64,000 nucleotides of DNA from Candidatus Fermentimicrarchaeum limneticum (GTDB lineage Archaea > Micrarchaeota > Micrarchaeia > Burarchaeales > Fermentimicrarchaeaceae), in contig CP058998.1 of NCBI GenBank assembly GCA_013426015.1, positions 794,758-858,757 of the forward strand, in the 5' to 3' direction. Both the position numbers and the translations under genes were made by a program. Below, piece after piece: positions 1 to 9,350 of the stretch. Every line of letters starts with the position of its first letter. Within the stretch, counting starts at the first letter, position 1. Below the pieces are notes generated by a model, which was not told the origin of the DNA, searched no databases, and worked only from the letters and a program-made list of their open reading frames with translations.

Positions 1-125
1 TCCATCGTAAGGAGAATTTTGTTGCTTTTCTTGGTGAATTCTATTATGTCGTCGTCATCTATGGATGGCGGGTAGAGCACCTCGACGCCAAGCAGCCTGA
101 GCCATCTTGCAAGCTTCTTCAGCAT
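1..125 (-). CDS. Mut7-C/DUF82-like RNase domain protein, N-terminal fragment truncated by the window edge
   Basis: The reverse strand translates from the ATG at complement 123-125 as MLKKLARWLRLLGVEVLYPPSIDDDDIIEF..., which resembles the conserved N-terminus of Mut7-C/DUF82 proteins. Only about 41 codons are visible. Confidence 0.35.
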   Translation of the reverse strand, partial: MLKKLARWLRLLGVEVLYPPSIDDDDIIEFTKKSNKILLTM

Positions 126-176
126 CGCATCGGCAACGAACATACATTATTTTAGTGTTGCGCATAAAATAAATAT

Positions 177-2453
177 GTGATAGATGGGATCTCGCTCCAC
201 AACTGGAAATCGCATGAGGACACCCAGTTCAAGTTCGGCGCGGGGACGAACATCCTCGTCGGCCCTATGGGGAGCGGCAAGAGCACTGTGCTTGACGCAC
301 TGTGCTTCGCGCTCTTTGGCAATTTTCCTGCACTGCAGCACAAGAGGGTGAAGCTTTCAGACATCATTATGAGCAGGCCTGCAGCCAAGGACGAGGCGTG
401 GGTTAAGCTTGAACTGACATGGCAGGGTGACCATTACCTGATTGAGAGAAGGATAAGCTCCAAGGGGGGCTCAGAGGCGAGGATAAGCAGGAATGAGAAA
501 CTGCTGCAGGGACCCCAGTCCCAGAGGGTGAATGAGGAGGTTGAGAGGCTTCTGCGGATAGATTACGATCTTTTCACACGCGCGGTTTACTCCGAGCAGA
601 ACAGGATAGACTACTTCCTGAATCTGGGAAGAGGCGAGAGAAAAAAGCAGATTGACGAACTGCTGGGGATAAACAGGTTTGAGGTGATGAGGAGCAACCT
701 CAGCACTGTCCTGAACAGGATAAAGGCGCTGGAGGATGACGGCAGGACAATTCTCAAGGATATGGATGTTGAAAAACTCAAAGAGGATGAGGAAAAGGCG
801 GAGAAGGAATTGAAGGAGCTCCAAGAGGGGATAGCCGGGCTGGAGAAGAAGGCTGATGAAAGCGGCAGAATGAGGAGGGAAGCGGAAGCAGAGCTTCAAA
901 AGATGGAGAAGGTGGAGAAAGACTACACCGAACTAAGTGAGAGGAGGGGTGGGGTGGAGCGCACCGTAGAGAATTTGAATGAGGAGATTGCGAGGAGGAT
1001 GGGTGGCGTGTCACTAGAGGGAGCCGCAAAAGTAGATGAGAAAGAACTTGCCAGTATTGAGAACGAGCTGAAGGATGCCAAAAAACTCGTTGCACAGTAC
1101 AGCAAGGAAGTTGGCTCTGCAAACGAAAAGATGAGGATGATTAAAGAGGAGGTTGAGGAAAGGACGTTGCTTGAAAAGAGGATCAGCGAATTCGGTATGA
1201 GTTCCGCCAAGCTTGAAAATGAGTTGAAGAAAGAGGAGAAGGAATTGAACGAGGCAAGAAGTTCCATGGGATGCTCGGATAGGAGGATTGCTGAACTGGA
1301 TGAGCTGATAACCGAGCTGGGAAGGGGGACCACAAAATGCCCGGTGTGCGAAACTCCGCTTGCGGAGGAGAGGAGGAAGGAGCTTCTCAGAAAAAGGGAG
1401 AATGAGAAGGTGAAGGAAGCGGAGAATGTTTTACATTTGGAAAAGCTTATCTCTGAGAAGGAGGAGTCCCTGAAAAAAACTGCAGAGGAAGTTAAGGAGC
1501 TTGCCGGTAGTGAGGAGAAACTGAGAAGACTGAGGGGTAAGGAGGAACTTGGGAAACTGAGTCTTACACTTCACAACGCAGAGGAGAAACTGAAAGGCGA
1601 GGAGGAAAAAGTCAAGGAAGTTGAGGGCAGGAGGGAGGAGCTGAAGCTTGCACTGGATGTAAAGGAGTACCGGAAGCGCATAGATAAACTGATGGAGGAA
1701 GGGAAGGAGATTGCGAGGAAGATTGCGGAGTTGAAGTTCGACAGAGAATCGATTGAAACAAAGAGGAAGGAGATTGGGAAGCTTAGCGTTGAGGAAAGCA
1801 GGCTTGGAGAGAGGGTCGAGGGGATGAAAAAGGAAGTGAAAAGGGTGGAGGAGAATCTGGATTCCAGAAGGGCGGAGAGGAAGAGGTACGAGGAGCTTGC
1901 TAGGAAAGTCGAGGGATATGGTTCCACGTATGAGAATTTCTCGATATTCCAGAATGCTGTTGCCGAGACGCAGCGGGATTTGAGGGAGGAGCTGATTGGC
2001 GCCATAAATTCCGCAATGGAGGAGATATGGGACACTGTCTATCCCTACGGCGATTATGAGGGGATAAGACTGAACGCGGATGAAGATGATTACGAGCTCC
2101 AGTTCAACGCAGGCGGCACGTGGGTCGGTGTTGACGGCATTGCGAGCGGTGGAGAGAGGTCCAGCGCCAGCATTGCAATGAGGATGGCGTTTGCGATGGT
2201 GCTTGTGCCGAACCTCAGCTGGCTCATACTGGATGAGCCCACACATAACCTTGACGAGGAGGGGAGAAGAGCACTCGGCAGAGTCCTTAGCGAGCAAGCG
2301 CCGAAAATAGTGGAGCAGATTTTCGTAATAACTCACGATGAAAGCCTGAAGGATGCGGCAAACGGCCGCGTGTACCACCTCTGGAGAGACAAGGAAAAGA
2401 ATGGTTCAACAAAAGTGGAAAGCACAAGCATTTTAAATACTGCTGAACAATAA
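177..2453 (+). CDS. rad50: Rad50 DNA double-strand break repair ATPase
   Basis: N-terminal Walker A GPMGSGKST, a long K/E-rich coiled coil, a central CPVC zinc hook, and a C-terminal signature/Walker B region (SGGERS...LILDEPTHNLD). Confidence 0.85.
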   Translation: MIDGISLHNWKSHEDTQFKFGAGTNILVGPMGSGKSTVLDALCFALFGNFPALQHKRVKLSDIIMSRPAAKDEAWVKLELTWQGDHYLIERRISSKGGSEARISRNEKLLQGPQSQRVNEEVERLLRIDYDLFTRAVYSEQNRIDYFLNLGRGERKKQIDELLGINRFEVMRSNLSTVLNRIKALEDDGRTILKDMDVEKLKEDEEKAEKELKELQEGIAGLEKKADESGRMRREAEAELQKMEKVEKDYTELSERRGGVERTVENLNEEIARRMGGVSLEGAAKVDEKELASIENELKDAKKLVAQYSKEVGSANEKMRMIKEEVEERTLLEKRISEFGMSSAKLENELKKEEKELNEARSSMGCSDRRIAELDELITELGRGTTKCPVCETPLAEERRKELLRKRENEKVKEAENVLHLEKLISEKEESLKKTAEEVKELAGSEEKLRRLRGKEELGKLSLTLHNAEEKLKGEEEKVKEVEGRREELKLALDVKEYRKRIDKLMEEGKEIARKIAELKFDRESIETKRKEIGKLSVEESRLGERVEGMKKEVKRVEENLDSRRAERKRYEELARKVEGYGSTYENFSIFQNAVAETQRDLREELIGAINSAMEEIWDTVYPYGDYEGIRLNADEDDYELQFNAGGTWVGVDGIASGGERSSASIAMRMAFAMVLVPNLSWLILDEPTHNLDEEGRRALGRVLSEQAPKIVEQIFVITHDESLKDAANGRVYHLWRDKEKNGSTKVESTSILNTAEQ

Positions 2454-2487
2454 TTTACCGGAAATTGGCGACTGTTGGTGACACAAA

Positions 2488-2799
2488 ATGGAAGGGGAAG
2501 CGCAAAAAAATCAAGTTGAAGTTCTAAAAAACTCCGGTCTGCTCTCTGAATTTGTGCGCAGCACAGGTGGGAACTGGGAGCAGTCGGATATTGAGAGTCT
2601 GGTGGCCAAACTGAGGGAAGAAAATATAACTGTCACACCTGAGGAGATAGGCACGTTGCTTGAGGCGGAAAAGGTCGCCTGCGCGCAGAAAGTCACAGAC
2701 AAAAAGACTGAAGAGGAAGTCACGGTCAATTTTGACAAACTGAGCCTTCGAAAAAAGAGGGAATTTTTGGGAAGAGAGATTAAAAAGAGTATAAGGTGA
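2488..2799 (+). CDS. small acidic hypothetical protein, 103 aa
   Basis: Intact ORF between rad50 and the MinD-like gene with coding-like composition. No recognisable motif. Confidence 0.35.
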   Translation: MEGEAQKNQVEVLKNSGLLSEFVRSTGGNWEQSDIESLVAKLREENITVTPEEIGTLLEAEKVACAQKVTDKKTEEEVTVNFDKLSLRKKREFLGREIKKSIR

Positions 2800-2803
2800 G
2801 GAA

Positions 2804-3544
2804 TTGATTATAACCATCGCGTCCGGTAAAGGAGGAGTGGGAAAGAGCAATCTAGTGGCAAACCTCGGTTTGTGCCTAAGCGACTTCGGTGTCGACACGC
2901 TGATATTCGACGGAAATCTGAGCAACGGAGATCTGTCGTGCATACTCGGTCCGCCTTTCCCTGAGAGGACCATACAGGACGTATTCTCAGATAACGTGAG
3001 CTTCAGCGACGCAGTGTTCACTCATCCTGCTGGGGTGAAGATGGTCGCTTCCAGCCTTTCTATGGATGATATAGATGCCTTGTCCCCGCGGAACCTGTGG
3101 AGGGTCAGGACGCAGCTCAGCAGGGCAGCGGACATCGTCCTTGTGGATGCGCCTGGGACATTGGGCAGCAACACGCTTGAAGCTTTGAGGATAGCCGACA
3201 GAGTAATACTTATAACAACTCCAGAGATAACGTCATTCTCCAACACCCTGAAAACGAAGATGGTTGCGGAGAAGAACGGGATAGAGATTTTCGGAACTGT
3301 GCTAAACAAGGTGAGGAAGAACGAGAAGGGGGTGAGGAGGATTGCCAAGGAGTGGCTTGAAACTCCTCTCTTGTGCAGCCTACCCTATGACAACAATGTG
3401 ATAAAATCCTCAGAATACGGCAGGGCGGTGCTTAGGCACAAGCCAAGAAGTCCTTACAGCGTTGGGATAAGGAAATTCGGGGCAAAGCTGGCCAACGTAA
3501 CATACAAGGCAGCGAGGAAGAAGTCAAAGAGAAAGCGCTCTTAG
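2804..3544 (+). CDS. MinD/ParA-family P-loop ATPase
   Basis: Deviant Walker A ASGKGGVGKS at the N-terminus and MinD-like length. TTG start preceded by the GGTGAG ribosome-binding site. Confidence 0.75.
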   Translation: MIITIASGKGGVGKSNLVANLGLCLSDFGVDTLIFDGNLSNGDLSCILGPPFPERTIQDVFSDNVSFSDAVFTHPAGVKMVASSLSMDDIDALSPRNLWRVRTQLSRAADIVLVDAPGTLGSNTLEALRIADRVILITTPEITSFSNTLKTKMVAEKNGIEIFGTVLNKVRKNEKGVRRIAKEWLETPLLCSLPYDNNVIKSSEYGRAVLRHKPRSPYSVGIRKFGAKLANVTYKAARKKSKRKRS

Positions 3545-4456
3545 TTCGGCAGCTGCTTTTTCTGGTGGCATTGTGTTTATTATTATCTCGCTCCCCAGCT
3601 CAAAGCCTGCCAGCTTGGTGACTCTGGGGCAGATTTCAATGTGGAAGTGGAAGTCCTCCTGCGGAGGCGCTATGTGAAGATAGTAGTTATAGGGCGGATT
3701 GTGAAGCAGTTTGCTAAGTGCAGTGAGGATTTTTTTCAAGCTCTCCGCTAATGAATTTTTTTCTTCATCAGTCAAATCAGTGATGTTCCCCACATGCCTC
3801 TTTGGAAGCAGCCATGCCTCAAAAGAAAAGCGCGATGCGAAAGGGGCAAAACATGCGAAATGCTCGTTCTCAAAAATCTTCCTTTCAGAAGCCAGCTCCA
3901 TCGCCACAATGTCGCAGAAGATGCATTTTTTGGTCTTGTCATGGTATTTCCTGTAGGCACAAAGCTCCTTCTCCACGAGTGTGGGAACTTGCGCCAGAGC
4001 TATAAGCTGGCTGTGCTCATGCACGATAGACGTCCCTGCCGCATCGCCGTGGTTTTTGAAAATTAGGACATAGGCTATTCCATCTATTTTGCTTATATCA
4101 TCTATCCTGCTACAGTACATATCTATGACTTCCCTTATGGCACCTACTGCGAGGTCTTGAAGATTTTTGTTGTGCTGGTTCATTTCAACTATGACCTCAT
4201 GCCTCCCAAAGGCCTGAGGAAATTCCAAAGAAGTCGCTGGGTACATATTCTCGAAACCCCTGACAGTCCAGCCATGCGGCCCTTTTATGCTTAGAATCTC
4301 TTTAGGAGTGAGGTGCTCATTCCCGGGGCAGAATACACATGTTCCTTCTTTTACCTCGCATTCCTTCTGTATGAAATCTTTGGGTCTCTTCCCCCTGTTC
4401 TCCGCAATGATGACCCACCTGTCAATGATGCAGTCCTTCCTAAGCTCATTCATCAC
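3524..4456 (-). CDS. GalT-family HIT nucleotidyltransferase (galactose-1-phosphate uridylyltransferase or ADP-glucose/Ap4A phosphorylase-like)
   Basis: CVFCPGNEH zinc motif and the HEHSQ active-site motif (the HxHxQ of the GalT branch of the HIT superfamily). Confidence 0.65.
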   Translation of the reverse strand: MMNELRKDCIIDRWVIIAENRGKRPKDFIQKECEVKEGTCVFCPGNEHLTPKEILSIKGPHGWTVRGFENMYPATSLEFPQAFGRHEVIVEMNQHNKNLQDLAVGAIREVIDMYCSRIDDISKIDGIAYVLIFKNHGDAAGTSIVHEHSQLIALAQVPTLVEKELCAYRKYHDKTKKCIFCDIVAMELASERKIFENEHFACFAPFASRFSFEAWLLPKRHVGNITDLTDEEKNSLAESLKKILTALSKLLHNPPYNYYLHIAPPQEDFHFHIEICPRVTKLAGFELGSEIIINTMPPEKAAAELRALSL

Positions 4457-4462
4457 AACACC

Positions 4463-5971
4463 TCACAGGAATGCTTCAACATCCTTCTTCTTTTTTTCAT
4501 TCAGTTCCTCAAACTTCCTTGCCAGAACGTCAATGTCCTCCCCTTTCGGAGACTTCTTGGAGTTCCTTCTCCTTATCTTCACGAACACGGGGAAGTTGAC
4601 AGCCTCCCCAATAATGAGGGCTTCCCCCACCCTCAGCGTGCTGATGCTCCTAAGCATGGACTCGTCAAGCGCCTCGCACCCTTCTCCTATGTGCTTGATG
4701 TCATATGGGTTGGTCACCCTCATTATTATATGCGTATTTGCCTGCGAGAGAGTGGTTGTGCTGAGCTGCACGGGCCTCTGGCTTATCAGCCCTATAGAAG
4801 CTCCGAACTTCCTGCCCTCCCTGGCTATCTTCTCTATTATGCTCTTTGAGAGCATGTCCTGCTTTGAAGCCTTCTCCCTTGCGAAGTTGTGGGACTCCTC
4901 CACTAGCAGGAGGAAGGGCGGTATCCTCTCCTTCTTCCTTGCTGTGAAAAGCTTCCTTGAGAAGTATGCAACAATGAGCTGCTTCTTCCTCATGTTGTCT
5001 ATCCCGCTCAAATCCAAAACCGAAAGCCTTCCTGAACGAGCAAGCTCATAGACGCTGGGGCTGTCGCTCTTCCCGAATATTCTCAATGATTTCAGAGATG
5101 AGAGGGTTGCAAGCAGCGGTCCTTTCGTCGTCTCCTTCATGTCGCTCTTCTGCACGCTCTCGATCAAATCGTCAAGACCGAAGAGCTCACCCTTGCTCTT
5201 CTTCTCCTGCCTGAGCTTGAGAAGCACGCTGTCTATGTCTCTCTTCTGCGCAGAGCTTAGCTGCGGAAGGAATTCTCCAAGTATCTGGGGCGAAACCTTG
5301 CTCAGGCCTATGCGTATTTTTCTGCCGTCAAAAATGGTTGTATTGCCTCCGTATTCCGGCGAACTTTTGAAACCTCCGTATTCTCCATGGACATCCATTA
5401 TGACTACGGAAACTCTTCCCTGCTCAGGCTTTCTCTCAAGCAGCTCTTCTATCAAGACGCTTGCTAGGTATGACTTTCCTGCACCGCTCATCGCCAGTAT
5501 CGCAAAATGCTTCTGCAGCAGCCTGTTCAGGTTCACCCGCACGTCGAGCTTGTGGTGCTCCAGCTCCCCCAGCCTCAGGCCTTTGTCGTCAAAACCGAGT
5601 ATGCCGCGCAGCAGCTTCTCATCCGCCAGATTCACCTTCGCGCCTGGTGCCGCAGGGAATGTGCTCCTCACGAGATTCTCGTCTATGTAGACTCCCAGAA
5701 CTCTGACATTTGCAATCACGTACTCCCAGTCGGTGGTTGGGAAGTTCTTTGAGAGGGATTCCCCCCCTCTCTCGTATTCGGCAACGCTCTCCGCCCTCTC
5801 GAAATATCTGTTCGCCCGTGTTATGTCCGTCACAAAGCCGATTAGAAGACCTTCCTCTGTTTCAGACTGGACGTAATGGCCTTTCCTGACCTTGTTGTTG
5901 CTCACAACGAAGGAGAAGTCGGTCGTTGAAGGACCGTCCAGAGTTGAGATGACTGTTCCTAGCTCCATCAC
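4463..5971 (-). CDS. herA: HerA hexameric DNA translocase/helicase (FtsK-HerA superfamily, DUF87)
   Basis: Walker A AMSGAGKSY, Walker B LLLVEESH, and the ISQRP motif, with a HerA-like N-terminal barrel region. Confidence 0.75.
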   Translation of the reverse strand: MMELGTVISTLDGPSTTDFSFVVSNNKVRKGHYVQSETEEGLLIGFVTDITRANRYFERAESVAEYERGGESLSKNFPTTDWEYVIANVRVLGVYIDENLVRSTFPAAPGAKVNLADEKLLRGILGFDDKGLRLGELEHHKLDVRVNLNRLLQKHFAILAMSGAGKSYLASVLIEELLERKPEQGRVSVVIMDVHGEYGGFKSSPEYGGNTTIFDGRKIRIGLSKVSPQILGEFLPQLSSAQKRDIDSVLLKLRQEKKSKGELFGLDDLIESVQKSDMKETTKGPLLATLSSLKSLRIFGKSDSPSVYELARSGRLSVLDLSGIDNMRKKQLIVAYFSRKLFTARKKERIPPFLLLVEESHNFAREKASKQDMLSKSIIEKIAREGRKFGASIGLISQRPVQLSTTTLSQANTHIIMRVTNPYDIKHIGEGCEALDESMLRSISTLRVGEALIIGEAVNFPVFVKIRRRNSKKSPKGEDIDVLARKFEELNEKKKKDVEAFL

Positions 5972-6000
5972 ATCAGTTATTCGTTTGCATATTTAAAAGC

Positions 6001-6828
6001 TTATAGAGGGAGTAACTTTCCGATTATTCCTGCAATGAGAGGGAGAAACATGAGCACGACGAGCACAGCAATAAGAATGAAGTAGATGATGGCGGATATG
6101 ACGAAGGATATTATCGCCGACATGGTGTTCAGCTCATTGACCTCCCGTATTATCAGGACATTTAGGAATATGCTGTATACGAAAACTGCAAGTGACACAA
6201 AGACCGAGATGAACGGGCCTATGTACGGTATGATTGAGAGCACAGAGGAGAATATGGTGAGGGGGAACAACGCCAGCATTGCATATGAGAGGATGCAGGC
6301 TTGTTGGATGAATGTGCCTCTCCCACCCCGCAGTTTTGCCGGGAAGTAGAGGATTGCCGATGACACCAGCCATGAGACCATTGAAACTCCAAAGTAGAGT
6401 ATCAGTGCAAACACCATGGAGAACAAAGTTGTTGGAGAGGTGAGGATGCTGATTCCCCGCCCTCCCGACATCACCAGCATTGCATAAACCACCACCATCC
6501 CAAGCCAGATGGTCATTGCGACTGCGTAGAGCATTGTGACGTTCATGGCGCCAGTTATAAGAGAGGCATACTGCTTGAGCCTTCTTATAGTCCTCACGGG
6601 TTCTATGTATAGTGAGGTCACTGCCTCCAGCAGCTGGGGGGCATCCCTGCCTTTGTACAGTTCCTCCTGATTCATCTCAAACGGCAGCATGCTCTTGGGG
6701 GAGCCCAGCATGCTTCCGCAGGCAGGGCACTTGCCGTTCGACGAGAGGGCGCATGAACCGCAGTAGAGGAGGTTGCATTTCTCGCACACTGCAACTGCGT
6801 CCTTGTCAGGATGTTTCGAGCATTTCAT
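6001..6828 (-). CDS. membrane protein with an N-terminal zinc ribbon and a Yip1-like multi-TM domain
   Basis: CxxC...CxxC...CxxC in the first 40 aa, followed by five or six hydrophobic helices. Sits between nurA and herA with gaps of 4 and 29 nt. Confidence 0.5.
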   Translation of the reverse strand: MKCSKHPDKDAVAVCEKCNLLYCGSCALSSNGKCPACGSMLGSPKSMLPFEMNQEELYKGRDAPQLLEAVTSLYIEPVRTIRRLKQYASLITGAMNVTMLYAVAMTIWLGMVVVYAMLVMSGGRGISILTSPTTLFSMVFALILYFGVSMVSWLVSSAILYFPAKLRGGRGTFIQQACILSYAMLALFPLTIFSSVLSIIPYIGPFISVFVSLAVFVYSIFLNVLIIREVNELNTMSAIISFVISAIIYFILIAVLVVLMFLPLIAGIIGKLLPL

Positions 6829-6832
6829 CCCA

Positions 6833-7885
6833 TCATCTGAAAGGCCGGCTGTTGCTTCTCAGCGGGAGGAAGGAAACCCTCCTGCCGGCCCTGAGGAGCA
6901 GGTTCCCGCACACCCTGTCCATCTCGTCCCTTTCAAGCGCAGCCCTCATGTCTGCCTCAATCAAGATGGCAGGGTAGGCATATTTCTGATTTATTCTGCT
7001 GAGGGAGTATATTAATGATGCTACTGCTCCCGCATCCTTGCCGGTTTTCAGGAATTCGACTCTCAGCGGTCGGTCATCCCTGACAGGCTTGATGTAGAAT
7101 GCGTGCACGCACGCCCCCCACTCGCCCAGATCCTTCAGCACCTGATGCTCCCTCTCGGCGCTGGAGTAGTGGAACTCGAATGTCCTTTCGCCTTCGTTCA
7201 AAAGGAAGTGGAGGAAGGATGTGTCGTTGGAGGTTGAAAGCGCGCCCCTCTCCTCCCTCGGCAAGATCTTCTCGAGGATTTCTATAAACCTCTTGCCCCG
7301 ACTGTCTTTTATCACTCCCACCAACTGGCACTCCTTCTCCTTGCACAGGGAGTAAAGTCGGTTGTAGCCGCCGAGAAGCTCATCGTAGAGCGGCCTTACC
7401 GGTGAATCCTCGGATGGTTTGTCTGAAATCTGGGGGACGATTGAGCCGTCAAGCAGGATGCAGCCCGGTTCGTATCTCTCAACTGTTTTTGATGCAACAT
7501 CAATCTCCTTCTCCAACCTAGTGAGTGACTTGTGCCACGTGAACTCGTGCGAATCCAGGCCGGTGAGCGCGTAAGGCTCGGGCTCCGGGATTCTTGAGGG
7601 GTAGTAACTGTGCGACACTCTCTTTGAGTTTTTATACTCGAAAACGACGGATACTGCTCTTGTGAGCACCAGGTCAAACCCATGGAACTCTTGCGCAGCG
7701 AGTCCGCCGTCGACTGCGGCAACCTTGCAGTTCAGTTCAACTGGTTCGACCGCATGAATCAGCTTTTTCTCAAGGGCTTCTGGATAGAGATCCCTGTTCT
7801 GCATCCTGAGTTCGCTGGCGAGCGCTGCCCTTCTCTCCTCCAGCTGCTTCATGTTGTCTATCAGCTCAGCGAGCCTCTCATGCAT
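6833..7885 (-). CDS. nurA: NurA-like 5'-3' nuclease (candidate)
   Basis: About 350 aa with VAAVDGG and ILLDGSIVPQ motifs, reminiscent of the NurA catalytic D-G-S motifs. In a tight operon with herA. Confidence 0.5.
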   Translation of the reverse strand: MHERLAELIDNMKQLEERRAALASELRMQNRDLYPEALEKKLIHAVEPVELNCKVAAVDGGLAAQEFHGFDLVLTRAVSVVFEYKNSKRVSHSYYPSRIPEPEPYALTGLDSHEFTWHKSLTRLEKEIDVASKTVERYEPGCILLDGSIVPQISDKPSEDSPVRPLYDELLGGYNRLYSLCKEKECQLVGVIKDSRGKRFIEILEKILPREERGALSTSNDTSFLHFLLNEGERTFEFHYSSAEREHQVLKDLGEWGACVHAFYIKPVRDDRPLRVEFLKTGKDAGAVASLIYSLSRINQKYAYPAILIEADMRAALERDEMDRVCGNLLLRAGRRVSFLPLRSNSRPFR

Positions 7886-7925
7886 ATGCTTATTAATTCA
7901 AAATGGATTTATAAATTAGATTGGG

Positions 7926-8270
7926 ATGAAGCAGGTCATTGTTGTCAGAAGTGATTTGAAGCTTGGAAAGGGGAAGCTGGCGGCACATGTCTCCCATGCA
8001 TCTCTAGCAGGCTACAGGGCTGTCAGGGAAAAGGAGCCCAAAGTTGTTGAGGAGTGGGAGAGGGAGGGGGAGAAGAAGATAGTTGTGAAAGTGAACGGGG
8101 AGAGGGAGCTTTACGAGCTTTACGAGAAGATAAAAAAAGAGATTCCCTGCACCATAATCAAGGATGCCGGCTTAACGCAAATCCCTCCCGGAACTGCGAC
8201 CTGTTTGGTCGTGGGTCCTTGGAAGGATGAGGAAGTGGACAAGTTCACCAAGGACTTGAAGCTACTTTAA
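7926..8270 (+). CDS. pth2: peptidyl-tRNA hydrolase PTH2
   Basis: The 114-aa protein begins MKQVIVVRSDLKLGKGKLAAHVSHAS, matching the conserved PTH2 N-terminus. Confidence 0.85.
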   Translation: MKQVIVVRSDLKLGKGKLAAHVSHASLAGYRAVREKEPKVVEEWEREGEKKIVVKVNGERELYELYEKIKKEIPCTIIKDAGLTQIPPGTATCLVVGPWKDEEVDKFTKDLKLL

Positions 8271-8277
8271 TCTGCTG

Positions 8278-9306
8278 TTATGTGGGGTACTTGGTCTTTC
8301 CAGTGCTGACGATAAGCATTTTCTTATTCTTCGGTAGTTTGTTTTTCATTTGAAGCATTAAAGCCAACCCGGCAATTCCTGAATACTCGCAGTTTACTCC
8401 CTGAGACTCCGCGATTTCCATGGCTTTATCAAGATAATTTTCTTTTATCAAATAAACATCTGAGAGTGGACCGCAAAAGCCTGCATGCCTATAAACTTTT
8501 ATCCACTGCTCGTTGAAGTGCACAAACGGAAGATGCGGGGAATAGAGCTTGTCTGCTTTTGTTCTCGGGTTATTGGAGGTTACGCCCATGAAGTTGCATC
8601 TTCGCAGAACTTCTACATTCCCTCTAAACCTGGGATCATGATTCTTTGTTGAGACCTCTTTTTTGTTTATATTCAGAACATTTTCATACAAATTTCCAGT
8701 TCCAAATGGAATGAAACAGTAGTTCGGGGAACTGTTGAGTATCTCGTAACTCAGCCAGTCGTAATATCTGGTAGTCGGGTCCAAAGCTTCGTTGGAAGTG
8801 ATGTCGAATCCGTTATGGTTATGGGTCAATATCAGAATCTCTTCCCAGCTAAGCGGCTTTTTCGCCAAATCGGTTTCATAAATCTCGCAACCTAATCTTT
8901 TCATTGCTTTTACTGCTTTAGGTTCCACCATGCTGGAATCCACCAAGACTTTTAGAACTGGTAGATCGTATTCCTTCATATACGTCTGGATTGCAACTGC
9001 GGCTGAACCAAATGATATTATAGAGAGGTGCGGTAAGGGCCCCTTGATTTGACCAGTCTTTTTAGCAAGCAGGAAATCGCGGTATGTGACAACCATCTCC
9101 CAGGCCATCCTGTCCTTATGGGTCCCAGTTGGATTTTTGCTCTCATCTTTAAGCCAAACATCTGAGAACCCTGGCACTTCGATTTTAAAAGTCGGTGTGG
9201 CTGGGAATTTTGGATTGTCAGGAGGAAACTCTGGTTTATGGGGGTCGTTCTCAGAAGCAACAAATATGGATTTCAATATTTTTTCTTGTTTTTCTGACAG
9301 TGCCAT
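8278..9306 (-). CDS. PLP-dependent enzyme of the tryptophan-synthase-beta/threonine-synthase fold
   Basis: WLKDESKNPTGTHKDR carries the PLP-lysine motif KxExxNPTGSxKDR. Confidence 0.6.
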   Translation of the reverse strand: MALSEKQEKILKSIFVASENDPHKPEFPPDNPKFPATPTFKIEVPGFSDVWLKDESKNPTGTHKDRMAWEMVVTYRDFLLAKKTGQIKGPLPHLSIISFGSAAVAIQTYMKEYDLPVLKVLVDSSMVEPKAVKAMKRLGCEIYETDLAKKPLSWEEILILTHNHNGFDITSNEALDPTTRYYDWLSYEILNSSPNYCFIPFGTGNLYENVLNINKKEVSTKNHDPRFRGNVEVLRRCNFMGVTSNNPRTKADKLYSPHLPFVHFNEQWIKVYRHAGFCGPLSDVYLIKENYLDKAMEIAESQGVNCEYSGIAGLALMLQMKNKLPKNKKMLIVSTGKTKYPT

Positions 9307-9350
9307 GTCTCTTTATTCTGCTTTATCTAAAATAAAAGTGTTTCGGTAAG

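Noticed and set aside
471-2378. Several long antisense ORFs inside rad50 (471-899, 778-1122, 923-1333, 1431-2378, 1571-2035).
   Set aside because: They are antisense to the GAG/AAG-rich coiled-coil coding repeats, have S/L/P-rich low-complexity translations, and lack a start context. The sense-strand Rad50 explains the whole region.
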